From the NCBI RefSeq assembly GCF_963921235.1, contig NC_086108.1:27778001-27842000 (forward strand): DNA of 64,000 nucleotides, written 5' to 3'. The notes under the pieces are model-generated. The model ran no database searches. It was not told where the DNA came from and saw only the letters and a list, made by a program, of their open reading frames with translations. Both the position numbers and the translations under genes were made by a program. This document shows, piece after piece, positions 25,938 to 38,829 of the stretch. The DNA comes from Mobula hypostoma (Eukaryota). Position 1 is the first letter of the stretch; each line of letters opens with the position of its first letter.

Positions 25938-27150
25938 ACAAGCGTAAATCTGCAGATACTGGAAATCACAAAATGCTGGAGGAACTCAGCAGGCCAGGCA
26001 GCATCTAAGGAAAGGAGTAAATAGTCAATGTTTTGAACCAAGACTCTTCATCAGGACTAGAGAAAAAAGATGAGGTCAGAGTAAGAAGGTGAGGGGAGGA
26101 GAGGAAAAGGTACAAATAAGTAGGCAGTAGGTGAAACTAGAGGGGGGAGGGATGAAGTAAACTGAGAAGTCGATTAGTGAAAGAGATAAGGGGCTGAGAA
26201 GGGGAATTTGATAGGAGAGGAAAGATGGCCATGGAAGAAAGGGAAAGGGGAGAACACCAGAGGGAAATGATGAGCAGGTAAGGAGATAAGGTGAGAGAGG
26301 GAAATGGGAATGAAAATTGGTGATGGGGGTGGGAAGCAATTACCAGAAGTTTGAGAAATTGATGATCATGCCATTAGGTTGGAGGCTACCCAGGCAGAAT
26401 ATCAGGTGTTGCTCCTCTAACCTGAGTGCAGTTGGATCCAATCACGGCCCCAGAGAGTCCCTTCAGATGAGGTGACACCTCATCCATGAGTTTGCTGAGG
26501 TCATCTACTGTATCCAGTGCTCCTGGTGTGGCCTACTGTGTATTGACGAGGCCAAACATGCTTCACTGAGCACCTATGCTCCCTCCGCCAGAAAAAGCAG
26601 AATCTCCCAGTGGCCACCCTTTTTAATTTCATTTCCCATTCCAGTACGTCAGTCCTTGACCTCCTCGACTGCCGCAATAAAATCACAGTCAGGTTAGAGG
26701 AGCAACACCTTATATTCCTCCAACCTGATGCCATGAACATCAATGTATTGAATTTCCAGTAATTGCCCCCTCTCCACCCTTCTCTATTCCCTATTCCCAT
26801 TTCCCTCTCTCACATTATCTCTTTACCTGCTCATCACCTCCCTGGGGTGCTCCTCCCCCTTCCTTTTCTTCCATGGCTTTCTGTCCTCTCCTATCAGATT
26901 CCACCTTTTCCAGTCCTTCTTCTTTTTCACCAATTGACTTCCCAGCTCTTTACTTCACACCTCCCCCCTCCCAATTTCACCTATTACCTACTACCTTCTA
27001 CTTCTTCCTCCCCTGCCCCCACCTTCTTACTCTAACTTCTCATCTTTTTTTTCTCTAGTCCTGATGTCTTGGCCCAAAAGGTCAACTATTTTCTCTTTTT
27101 CATAGATGCTGCCTGGCCTGCTGAATTTCCCCAATGTTTTGTGTGTGATT
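25938..27150. mobile_element. Penelope-like inverted pair (minus 25938-26425, plus 26440-27150)
   Basis: Both arms end in the same pseudo-LTR, facing outward; the right arm has a GIY-YIG remnant. Confidence 0.85.
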
Positions 27151-27762
27151 CTCACCAGCACTGAAGAACTAATTCAGTGCAAATTTCTGCAGCATTTATG
27201 CTAGTTAAGGATGACATGCCTGATGATCTAGAAAATTAACAGTTCATTCAAGTCTGGGTTGGATGTTTTGGCCAGTAACATATTAACCTGCCAGTGTAAC
27301 AGTGGCACGAGTTTAAATAGATTTTAAATCCCTGGTGTTGTGACTGTGATCTAAGTCACTGGAGAGACACTGAAGTTGGTGGAATAGAAGTCAAAGTCAT
27401 TCATCATGACAAGCATGCATTCTTCCGGATACTACCACAAAACTCAAAGTACATCACATATTTGTATTCAATAGAATTTCCATAGTTACAATGACATTGT
27501 TTACTTCAATATCTTGTGTTGACAATGCTTTCGTTATATATCTGTGGTGACAGACACCTCAGAATGCTCAAAGCACTTTTACTGGGACAAAGTAGTTCAC
27601 AAAAATGATCTTAAAGCTTCTGAGTACAGGAATCCCCAACCCCCAAAGTTAATTTTACAGCTGACTCTCTGAGTACACAAATCTCCCAACTATTGATAGA
27701 TCGACTATTCAATGTGCTAAGTGATAATATCAGTCTAGTCTGCAAATTTCCCTGACCCTGTT

Positions 27763-28578
27763 TAGATTAGATTAGATTAGATTCAACTGTATTGTCATTG
27801 TGCCAAGTACAGATACAAAGCCAATGAAATACAGTTAGCATCTGACCAGAAATGCAAAGAATAGTGTTATTTACAAAATAACTATGAATAAAAAGTAAGT
27901 GCTACAGCACACAAATATAAGAGTACTGAGACAGTACAATACGGATGCAATACTGCTTAGCGCTGTGATGTGAGGTTCAGCAGGGTCACAGCCTCAGGGA
28001 AGAAGCTCTTCCTGTGCCTGCTGGTGCGGGAGCAGAGGCTCCTGTAGCGCCTACCGGATGGGAGGAGAGTAAAAAGTCCATGCTTAGGGTGGGATGCATC
28101 CTTGATAATGCTTTTCACCCTGCCCAGGCAGCGTTTATGGTAGATGTTCTCCATGGTGGGCAATTGGATGCTGATAATCTGCTGGGCAGTTTTCACCACA
28201 CGTTGGAGTGCTTTGTGGTCCAATGTGGGACAATTGCCATACCACACTGAGATGCAGTTGGTGAGTATGCTCTCAATGGTACAGCGGTAAAAGTCCATCA
28301 GTATCCTGGGACAGTAGTGAGCTTTCTTGATGCTCTGCAGGAAATAAAGGCACTGTTGTGCCTTTTTAATCAGGATGGAGGAGTTCAGGGACCAGGTGAG
28401 ATCCTCGGAAATGTGGACACCAAGGAATTTGAAGCTTGATGCACGCTCCACTGCAACTCTGTTGATGTAGATGGGGACGTGAGTGTGGCTCCTAGCATGC
28501 CTGAAGTCCACAATGATCTCCTTGGTCTTCTGGGTGTTAAGGGCCAGGTTGTTGTTGGCACACCACGCGGTCAGGTGT
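27763..28578 (-). mobile_element. Rex1/Babar-type LINE 3' end with an open ORF remnant
   Basis: ORF 27957-28658 contains [32 protein letters not shown]; (TCTAA)n tail. Confidence 0.9.
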
Positions 28579-29149
28579 ATATAATTTAGCCATGTTGCCT
28601 GGTTTGATGCAGGCCCAATTAATCTTGTCTGAGCAGCCAGCCCCATGCTGTGGGCCACACTGTGCTCTACAGGCAGTATTGTTTATTTGCAAAGGTCTGC
28701 TTTTAACTTCAAATTACTGCTTGCAATTTACAATTTACATCAAGGACTGAACACTGGATCTTGTTTGAATTAAAATCTGCTTTATTGACATAACTCCAAA
28801 CATATGAATGTCACCTGGGATTCCTATATAGATTATGATCATAATATGTGCTGCTTGCTGTTTACAAATGGGTTTGCTGTGCTTCTGACTGAGTTCAGAG
28901 TTCAGTTTCCAGGGAACTCCACACTACTCGTTGATCATTGGTAGATAGAGAAGCCATGTGACCCCTGGTGCATGCAGGTGACCTTCGGATGTTTGGTCTT
29001 TCCAGATGATTGGCAGTGAAACCCTTGGAGACAATCCTCAGTTGTGATCCTCCACACATGACTGTGCAAAGAATGGAGGGGTATGAACTGCAATTAGGTA
29101 AAGTTTGAATCCTTTGTGTGATATTTTTGACATATTCAAATAACATTTT

Positions 29150-32040
29150 AAATGTTTTTAATTGATTTTTATGTGTTTCTACAATATAGCTACAGAAAAA
29201 ACCCATCAACAAAATGGAGATTTATACAGTGCAAAATAAACATGTCCAATATATAATTCATAACAATAAAGAAAAAGCACCCAAAATAAACTCATGTAAG
29301 ATTAGTATCCTCCCCAACTTCCCACTGAAAAAAAACCCCAGGCCGACCATTTCTGTGTATAAAAGAAAAAATTAATTGGAGCATTCGATCCCACAGAGCT
29401 GAAAAAAAATACATATAAAAAGAAAATATAATGCCGACTACCAAAACTATTATGTAATTGACAACAAAAACTGTAAAACTTACAGGGAAAAAAAAGCTGA
29501 AAGTAAGGGATTGTAGTACAAAAAAAAGGATAAACTTAATCTAAAGAGGAGTTATGAAAGTATTCAAGAAAAGATCCCCACACCTTATGAAACTTTATGT
29601 CCGAATTAAGAAGTGAATAATGAATCTTTTCAAGGTCTAAGCAGGACATAAAATCATTAAGCCATTGAGTGTGAGTGGGTGGGACAGCATCTTTCCACCT
29701 AAGAAGAAGTAACCGTCTAGCCAAGGGAGAGGCAAAAGAGAATGTTCGACTTTTAGTCGGACTCAAGTGCATGTCTACTTCACCCAAGGTGCCAAAAAGA
29801 ACAATCAGAGGGTTAGGTTCTAAGTGGCAATTAAGAATATTTTTTTTATTAAGAATATTTTTTTAATCTCAAAATATACTTTATTCAAAAATAAATATAT
29901 ACAATAAACCATTCAATAACTTTCCATCCTTTACATACGTTTCCATTATAGTCAGTACATATCCATATTTATAGCCACCCACGTGGCACTCCAGTTGTTC
30001 ACCTTACCATATCATTGTTGAGGGGTATACTCCCCGCCCACCGACCCCTCCCACTCCCACGGGTGGAGAAACCTATACCATGGTCCTTCCCCACCGGGCC
30101 CTTGCGGTGGCTGCACCGAGTTTCAGTGTGTCCCTGAGCATGTACTCCTGCAGCCGAGAATGTGCCAGTCGGCAGCATTCTCCCACGGACATCTCCATGT
30201 GCTGGTAGATCATCAAGTTTCGAGCCGACCAAAGAGCGTCTTTCACCGAGTTGATGATCTGCCAGCAGCACCAGATGTTAGTCTCCGTGTGCATCCCTGG
30301 GAACAGCCCATAGATCAGAGAGTCCTCTGTTACGCAGCTGCTGGGGATAAAACGTGACACTAGCCCGTCCATCCTCCTCCACACCCTCTTTGCAAACTGA
30401 CAGTGTGCAAAGAGGTGGGTCACAGACTCCTCCTCACTGCAGTCCTCCCGTGGGCAGTGGGGTGCAGAGACGACGCTCCGGGCGTACAGGAGGGCTGTGA
30501 CTGGGAGGGCCCCTCTCACTGCCAGCCAGGCGAGATCTTGGTGCCTGTTGGTGAGATCTGGCGATGAGACATTTTGCCAGATGAACTGGACGGTCTGCTC
30601 AGGGAACCACCCCACTGTGTCCATCATGTCCTTCTCCTGCAGTGCCTGCAGGACACTACGTGCCGACCACTGCCTGATGGCCCTGTGGTCAAAGGCGTTC
30701 TCCTGGAAGAACTTTTCTACGTAGGACAGGTATGCCGGCAATGACCAGCTGACTGGGGCGTTGCGTGGGAGTGGGGCCGGACCCATCCTTCATAGCCAGG
30801 ACGACAAGTAGAACCTGGGCACATAGTGGTACTTGGTGCCCACATACCTGGGTTCTACACACAACCTGATGCAGCCACATATGAAGCTGGCCATCAGGGT
30901 GAGGGCGACATTGGGGACGTTCTTGCCCCCATGGTCCAGGGACTTGTGCGGTCCGTCTCACCCGCTCCATCTTGGATCCCCAGATGAATCTGAAGACAGC
31001 TCGGGTGATTTCCGAGCTGTAGGAGTGGGGGACGGGCCACACCTGCGCCAAGTACGGCAGCCCTGAGACCACCTCACACCTGATGACCAGGTTCTTGCCC
31101 ATTATCGACAGGGAGCACTCTCCCCACAGTCCCAGTTTCTGTTTCACCTTGGCAGTCCGCTCCTGCCAGTTCTTGTTGCATGCCTCAGCCCCTCTGAACC
31201 AGATCCCCAACACCTTCATGTGGTCAGACCTGATGGTGAAGGGAACGCTGGATCAGTCGGGCCAGTTGCCGAAGAGCATGGCTTCGCTTTTCGTGCGGTT
31301 GATCCTGGCCCCCGACGCTAGCTCGAACTGTTCGCAGATGCCAATCAACCTGCGAACTGACCTCGGATCAGAGCAGAAGACGGTGACGTCGTCCATGTAC
31401 AGGGAGGTTTTCACTTGGGTCCCTCCACTGCCTGGCAGTGTCACCCCTCTTATGCCCTCATCCCTCCTGATGGCTTCTGCAAAGGGTTCTATGCAGCAGA
31501 CAAACAAGACAGGGGAGAGGGGACAGCCCTGCCTGACTCCAGACCTGATGGGGAAGCTGTCTGTTTCCCACCCATTGACCTGGACTGCACTACGGATGTC
31601 TGTGTAGAGCAGTCTGATCCAATCCCGGATTCCGTCCCCAAATCCCATTTTGGAGAGCACGTCCGCCATGTACGTGTGCGATATCCTGTCGAAGGCTTTC
31701 TCCTGGTCCAAGCTGACCAGGAAGGCGTTCACCCCCTGTCCTGCACGTAGGTGATGGTGTCCTGGGATAGAAAAAACTTCTCTCCAGAATTTCTCTAGAC
31801 TAGGACAGGCCCAGTACGTATGGATAAGAGAAGCCTCACCCCCTTTAAACTTATCACAAACAGGACTAATGTCAGGGTAAAACCGTGATAATTTAGTTTT
31901 ACACATATCAGCCCGGTGTACAACCTCAAACTGCAAAAGGCAACGGCGAACACATAAAGAGGTTGAGTTAATTGACTTAAGAATTGAATCTCAAACCGCA
32001 TCGGATAAGGAGATATTTAAATCATGTTCCCAGGCAGTTC
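29150..32040 (-). mobile_element. L1-clade LINE 3' end split by a Tx1 insertion
   Basis: QFEVVHR..ASLIHTYWACPSLEKFWREVF (31766-31936) continues at about 29830 into LARRLLLLRWKDAVPPT..KVWGSF, followed by a T-rich 3' UTR. Confidence 0.85.
29840..31765 (-). mobile_element. 5'-truncated Tx1-clade LINE (RT plus C-terminal zinc finger)
   Basis: Peptides SLDQEKAFDRISH, SGVRQGCPLSP, YMDD and CPREDCSEEESVTHLFAHC; A-rich tail. Confidence 0.92.
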
Positions 32041-32554
32041 TAATTCTAAATGTTTTAACTTGAAATTGAAAAGGTTAGGCTAGAATCTGATGCAAATACA
32101 TTATAGTGCAAGAAGTAATTTGAAAGTCACACAATGTCTGATAAGCCCAGAGCATAAGAGTATAAGAATAGGGGCAATGGTAGTTGACTGCGCATTTGTC
32201 ATGGCTAATCTTCCAACTCAGGCCATTTTTACTATTCCAAAATAGCTTGATTTTCATATTATCCAGAAATTGAAGAATCACAGTTCTAATTGAACTCAGT
32301 AAATGAACAAACAATCCCTCCAAGGTGGTGGGCACTTATAATTCACCTCTCTGAGTGAAGAAACATCTTTTCCTCGCCATCATAAATGGCTTATCAATAC
32401 CATAGAACCATAGAACCATAGAAACTACAGCACAGAAACAGGCCTTTTGGCCCTTCTTGGCTGTGCCGAACCATTTTCTGCCTAGTCCCACTGACCTGCA
32501 CACTGATCATATCCCTCCATACACCTCCCATCCATCCATACACCTCCTCCCATC

Positions 32555-33271
32555 AATAGACAGACAGATAGATAAATAAGAGGAGATCCTTACAAATACA
32601 TTTTAAAACTTTAAAAACAATTTAATCCAATTGTAAGGATCTCCTCTTATCTATCTATTTATCTATCTGTCTGTCAATCTATTTATATATTAATTTAGAG
32701 ATACAGCTCAGTAACAGGCTTTTCCTCTCTTATTCTGGGGTGGTGACCCCTGGTTCTAGATTCCTCTCTCGGGAAAAAAAAACCTTTGTTGTTTTCAACC
32801 CATCAAATCCGGAAAGAATTTTTGCACCTAGAAAGACTAGAATTAGTGATCAGCAAGGTTTTAGAGTCATTGAGTCATGGAATGATATAACATGGAAACA
32901 GGGCCTTTGGTCCAACTCCTCCATGGTGACAATGACACCTATCTAAGCTAGATACCTTTGCCAATGTTTGGCCCACGTCCCTCAAAACCTTCCCCGTTCA
33001 TGTTTCCGTGCAAATGTCTTTCAAGTGTTGTTACTGTACTTGCCTCAACCACTTTTTCTCTATCAACTTTTTTCCATATGCGCCACTCCGCACATGAAAA
33101 AGTTGTTTTTCAAATCCTATTCCACTGTCATCTTAAAGTTCTGTCACATTTCAAACTCGTTGAACCGGAAGAGCCTATTATCATGCTATATCTCTAAATT
33201 AATAGACAGACAGATAGATAAATAAGAGGAGATCCTTACAATTTGATTAAATTGTTTTTAAAGTTATAAAA
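32555..33271. repeat. Three-copy inverted/direct duplication
   Basis: AATAGACAGACAGATAGATAAATAAGAGGAGATCCTTACAA occurs at 32555 and 33201, with its reverse complement at 32631-32675. Confidence 0.85.
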
Positions 33272-33299
33272 CATATTGTTTAGTTTAATATATTTGATG

Positions 33300-33960
33300 C
33301 AGTCTACATGAACATCACTAAAGCCAAGGTTCCACATGGAAGAATAGCCAAAAGGTTGGAGGCTGTAGGATCCAGGGCAAATTGACAAATGGATCCATAC
33401 TTGGCTTGGAATAGGAGAGTGAAGTTGGAGGATTGTGCTGTGATTGGAAGATTGTTGCCAATGGTGTGCTACAGAAATGGTACTAGGTTCTTTGATTGTT
33501 TATTATATATATATTCAGTAAAACTGCTTGAGTATAATGTTTGCAAATGAGATGAAAGTTGCTGAGATTCTTGACCATGAGGAGGTTAATGAAAGCCACA
33601 GAATGATATTGATCTGTTGATTAAAGACTAGAGGAATAGCAGATGGAATTTAATCGTGTGAGATGCTGAACATTGGAAAGTCAAATAAGCTTCAGACATA
33701 CATAATGAATGGTAGGGCTCGAGGGAGTATTGAGGAACAGAGGGACCTCAGTGTCCAAATCCGAGGATCCACAGATTAATATAGTGATGAAGATGGCAAA
33801 TGGAATAGCTGCCTTCATCATCCAGATGCATAGAGTATAAGGGTAGCAAGGTTAGACCACCTATTTATAAACCATTGGCTACAGCACAGCTGGAGTAGGT
33901 TAGTACTTGCTGGTTGGTATGTGCATGGTGGGCTGAGGGCCTTTTTCTGTCCTATATGAC
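33300..33960 (+). mobile_element. Old, degenerate CR1-like LINE fragment
   Basis: Nucleotide resemblance to CR1 RT (AAGGTTCCACATGG, AATGGTGTGCTACAG, GAACAGAGGGACCT). Confidence 0.6.
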
Positions 33961-35477
33961 TTTCATTTAACAAGTTTCAATGATCAAGAGAGTGTAGGCC
34001 TTGTCTACTTAGTTACACTTCACATATTAAATCTGTCATCAGAAAATCTATCTTGTGAATCTTCACAGGATTTCCACCCTGACAAGTATATCTTTTTTGT
34101 ATACTTACACCAAAACTGTATGCAGTACATTAAAGTGAGATCCCCCCCCCAAGGCCCTGTGTAATTGAACAGGACATCTAGTCCTGTACTCAATTTCTCT
34201 GATTAAAGCCAACATACCATTTGCATTTGATTAAGAGGAAACATTGCAAGTTCTTCATGTTTTGTTGCCACAATTAAAACTGATACAACATATTGTGTTG
34301 TTTTGAATAAAAGGTCTGCATTGTTATGGGGAGAATTTAATATTTGAATTTAGACAACAGAAACACTAAAATGAGTTGTTCAGATTGCACTGATGTAAAT
34401 AATAGTTCCATGACTAAACAAGAACCCTGAATCAGGCATCTTGCTGATAACTCTCCCAGAACAGCAATTACCTTGGAAGGATGTAAATGATGTAGTAAAG
34501 CTGATGAATCTTCCTCAACTAATTACAGTTCAAAAAAAAAACAATTGTAAAACAAATTCCTTGAGTGAAGAAAGCTTTTAAGAATGTGATAAAGGATTAA
34601 CTTGTCATATTAGTTTTATTCATTTCAACTTATCAACAAAGTGCTTTGTGTTTTCTTTAACAATTTCTGGTGCTTCATTAGCCATACATTTCATATGATC
34701 GATTGCATTCTTATCTGTTCAGGCTTTTATCTTACCTGGTATGCTTCCTGAAATTAATTTTGCAGCAACTATTTGCCACTGCTCAGAAGTCCTTCCTTTT
34801 GATTACCCGACCTGCAGTAACTCCTGACAAATAGCTGTGGAAAAGTGCCACAGCCACTGACAGAATCAGTCATATGTAGAAGATAGGCAGTTCCCAGAAC
34901 CACCCACCCTTGGCCACATAGTAGCCTGTAGCATTTAACAAACCTGACACCAAGGACATATTTGGAAGTTGCCTAAAGGATGATTTAACTACTGCAGTCC
35001 ATAGAAGGAGAATCCTGTAGACAACATGGCTGATCAAGTAGGTAGTAGGGCCAAAATAAACCATCCCTTCAGAACGCCCCCTCAAAGTATCAAATGGAGA
35101 TGAGTGGATGGATAGGTTAAGTAATTGTTCTCAAAATGTGGATTGGTTAATAAGTACTTAAGTGCATTAAAAAGGTATAATTATTCATTGTTTGGTTAGC
35201 TCATAGATTCAAAGAATGTGTGGACTTATTTGTTAAATCCTTAACAAAACACAATGCCACAAGAACAGCTATTACTTCTGTTGGAAAATGAGAGTGAAAG
35301 AGAACATTATGGAGTTAAGAAGCTCTCAGAAGGAGAGAGGAGAAGGCTACAAAAGAGGGTTAGCCAAGACTGACTAATAAAAGGTAAAAAGCAGTTGTTG
35401 TTGTTCATTTTGAATTTTATAGATAATAGCCAGTGTGTTTTGGATCACAGGAAAAGGAGCAGCTTTTGCACCCTCCA

Positions 35478-35710
35478 ACATACACTCACAAAATATTCCA
35501 GAGGCTCAGCAAGTCAGGCAGCATCTTTGAAAGGGAATAAACAGATGACATTTCAGGATGAGACCCTTCATCAGGACTGGAAAGGAAGGGGATGAAGCCA
35601 GATTAAGAAAGTTGGGGGAGGGGGAAGGAGTACGAGCTGGCAGGTGATAGGTGAAGCCATGTGAGGGGGGAAGGTGTGATAAAATAAGAAGCTGGAAGAG
35701 ATAAAGGCTG
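35478..35710 (-). mobile_element. Penelope pseudo-LTR fragment with hammerhead core
   Basis: CAGTCCTGATGAAGGGTCTCATCCTGAAATG on the minus strand at 35542-35579. Confidence 0.8.
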
Positions 35711-36206
35711 AAGCTTGTACTGCCTTTATTTATTGGGATATCTATCAATCACATCAGAGCAACCCAGTTCACGTGACTTGACAAGGTCAAGCACGATGAC
35801 TGTTGCTAATAATGGTGATGGTTAAAATTGTTATACTACTTGATACTAATTAATTGCCATTTTTTTCATGAATGGTGGGGTGGAGAATTATCTCTTCCAA
35901 AGGAAGTGTAAGGTGCTCCTTTCCTCCACTAGTCTGCTTGGGCAAGGTGTAGCATCTGCGTAGCCCCTCATCCCCCCCCCCACCCCCCGATCAGGGTCGT
36001 GTGAAGCCATAGGAGCAGGTGGTGGATGGTTGTATAAACAGCTGATGCATATCACAAGTCCTGGTTCTGCAACCACTGACACCAGACAGACAATCTCTGA
36101 AGAGTATTGATAATGCATGGGGTCACCCGTCTTGTAAAGACACTGCCCAGAAGAAGGCAATGGCAAACCACTTCTGTAAAAAAATATCAAGAACAGTCAT
36201 GGTCAT

Positions 36207-38095
36207 TGTCATATTTTGTAACTTTAAAACATTAAACTAATTGAAAGGAAAGCACAGAGTCTGAAAATACAGGTGTAACTTCATTTTTTATTTTTAGTGG
36301 GTTACACATATATCACATGTGCAATTAATTAATATTTACATATAACCTATAGTAAGTTATTTAAACAATCAAGAATGCTTAATCAAACAATATATATACA
36401 AGATTGCTCAAATATTATTGAAATTTTAAATACACAACACTCCTCCCTTCATTGCTATAAACTCCAACTCAGTACGAAATGCATCTCAACTATATAGTAC
36501 AACTGCCATATACAGATATCCACAGCATAGTCAGTGTAGGGTCTCTGGGCACACAGCCACAGATCTTCCGACTCCCCTGACAACACATAGATCTTCTGCC
36601 GTGACACCGACCTTCGATCCACCCGTCTCCAGAGCCCTAAGATCCCAGGCCTCCAAAAGCGAGCCGAACTCTTAGGCCGAGCCCTTGGTGTACCAAACAA
36701 CTGCCAGTAGTGAAACCTCGACAGTGAGTTCCATTCCCGCAAAGAACCATAGTCAGCATGTAACTCCAAGTCAGGGTCTTCAAAAGAACCTTGAAAGGGA
36801 AAAATAGAGATATTAAAGATGGAATTAGCGATGTTTTCAAAGATGCAAGCAAAGGAGTCGCCGTTAGGCGCCATTATCCCTCCTAAGCTCCTAAGTTGTA
36901 GTTGTCTCAGTCAATCACATCTCCACAATGCTGGTCCTTCTGTTTTTACCACACATAAGGTCAATGTGGCTTGATGGTTGTTGTATTTCAGAGTTTTAAA
37001 TGTGACAGGAGTTCCTACAGGAGTTATCTTTTCTCCAGTATATGATCTTAGTGGGATATCTGCAGGCTTCAGTTTGTGTCTTTAAAATGCCACTCAAACT
37101 CATGTCGTGAATTGACTGAAACAGCTGCACCAGTGTCCAATTCCATTTTAAATAATTTGCCATTCACTTCTGGTATTAGCCATATTGTTGTTAATTTTCA
37201 CATGGTAAATCTCAAGGCTACACACTGTTTTATCATTCTCTCCAGTATCAGATTTTTCAGCAACAGCATGCAGATTAGAGCTTTTCTTGAAACTGCAACT
37301 TGACTTTTCAGTCTTTGCTCTTCCCTGAGCATTCCATTTATTTTTGTCTGTATGACATACTCTTTGTATGTGACCTAATTTATCACCTGGTACTCACACT
37401 TTATGAACCATGAATTCTTTTGTTTCTGGCCTTTTTAAAAACAAACTCAATAGTGCCTTCGCTTCCAAAGACTGACTCCACACCTCCACATGCGCTGGGC
37501 TGATCCTTTTAAATTCGACCTTCCTTGCAGCATTTTATTTAGTTTGAATGTTTTGCTCTGCTTCAACAGGTCGGTAACTATTTCAGATTCATTTTAAAAA
37601 TACCCTGTCACAAATGTTATGTGTGGTGCATGGCCAAGTTGTTAGGGCATTGGACTAGTGATCTGAAGGTCATGGATTCGAGCTTCGGACGAGGCAGCGT
37701 GTGTGTCTTTGAGCAAGGCACTTAATCACACAATGCTTCAGTCTACCCAACTGAGAATGGATACCGGCAAAAATGCTGAGGGTTATCCTCGCGATAGACT
37801 GGGGGGGGGGGTGCGGTCTCATACTCTCAGTCGCTTAACACCACAGAAACCGGCATAAGCAATGACCTGATGGGCCACAAGGCTCGTGACAGACTTTAAT
37901 CTTTAAACAAATGTTATACTTTGTAACCTCAAAACATTAAACATTCAAGGAAAACGTGGAGTCAGAAAATACAGGTGTAACTTCATCTTTACTTTTAGCG
38001 AGGCATGCACAAATCACATGGTAGTGTGAAGATGTATGCAGTTAACATTTTTATATATAATGCATAATTAATTATTGAAGTATTAAATAGCAACA
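36207..38095 (-). mobile_element. Internally deleted Gypsy (Mag/K02A2.6-like) LTR retrotransposon with both LTRs
   Basis: Homologous LTRs at 36207-36439 and 37615/37918-38095 (TG..CA), PPT AAGGGAGGAG at 36440-36449, protease KMELDTGAAVSV at about 37110-37167, TSD GTCAT/GTCAA. Confidence 0.85.
37621..37906 (+). mobile_element. tRNA-derived SINE with 11-bp TSD
   Basis: Box A TGGCCAAGTTG, box B GGATTCGAGC, TSD ACAAATGTTAT (37610-37620, 37907-37917). Confidence 0.88.
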
Positions 38096-38829
38096 GTCAA
38101 GCCCCTGATCGCCCATGACACACAACACAGCACATGATGTTGATGATGGATATCATTTCAGATGTGGTGAGCTGTATTAAAGTGAACTGGAATGAAAACA
38201 ATGTGGATTTTAAAAAATTGAACAAGTTTTAATCTCAGGAATTTAAGACTGAACTGAACTTTTCACACTGGCTTTGAGCTGAAGGGAAATATTGAAGAAG
38301 TTGTTTACAAAAATATAAAATAGTACAACACAGGAACAAGTCCTATGGCTCATGCTGCTGTGCCAAAATTAATTAAGTTAATGATGCCTAATTAAACTAA
38401 TCACTTCCTCTTGCCTTCTGGAACACAGCCCATATCCCTCCATTCTCTGCATATTCATGTGCCTATCTAAAAGCCTCCTAAATGCCTCTTTTCTGCCTGC
38501 CTCTACCACCACACCTGGCAGCACATTCCAGTCACCTACCACTCTCTGTGTAAAATAATAAATTGTCCTGAAAATCTCCTTTGAACTTAGACCCTCTGTC
38601 CCGAAATACAAGCTCTTTAGTGTTAGCTATTTCGACTGGTGAAAAAAAGATATCAGTTGTCTATCTTTGCCTTTCATAATTTTATCAGCATCTATTAGGT
38701 CACCCAACAGCTTTTATTGCTCCAGAGAAAATGACATGAGATTGTCCAGAAAGTTGCAGGAATACAAAGCCTAGCACAAGAAATTCTGCAGATACAGGAA
38801 ATCAAAAACAAAACACAAAAAAATCCCTG

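Larger units (their letters stand above)
35889..38150 (+). mobile_element. SINE-like element with an RTE-type 3' tail, split by a Gypsy element
   Basis: AGAAGGCAATGGCAAACCACTTC motif near 36150. The tail at 38106-38150 resembles the RTE 3' end at 53893-53930. Confidence 0.7.

Noticed and set aside
27957..28658. 233-aa ORF as a domesticated gene
   Set aside because: It is a standard Rex1-type C-terminus with an upstream ATG from flanking DNA, and the 3' UTR and tail are intact.
31253..31936. 227-aa ORF as a novel gene
   Set aside because: It is a chance in-frame junction of L1 and Tx1 fragments.
37621..37690. tRNA gene
   Set aside because: The A/B boxes continue into a SINE body with a TSD, and no full cloverleaf is evident.
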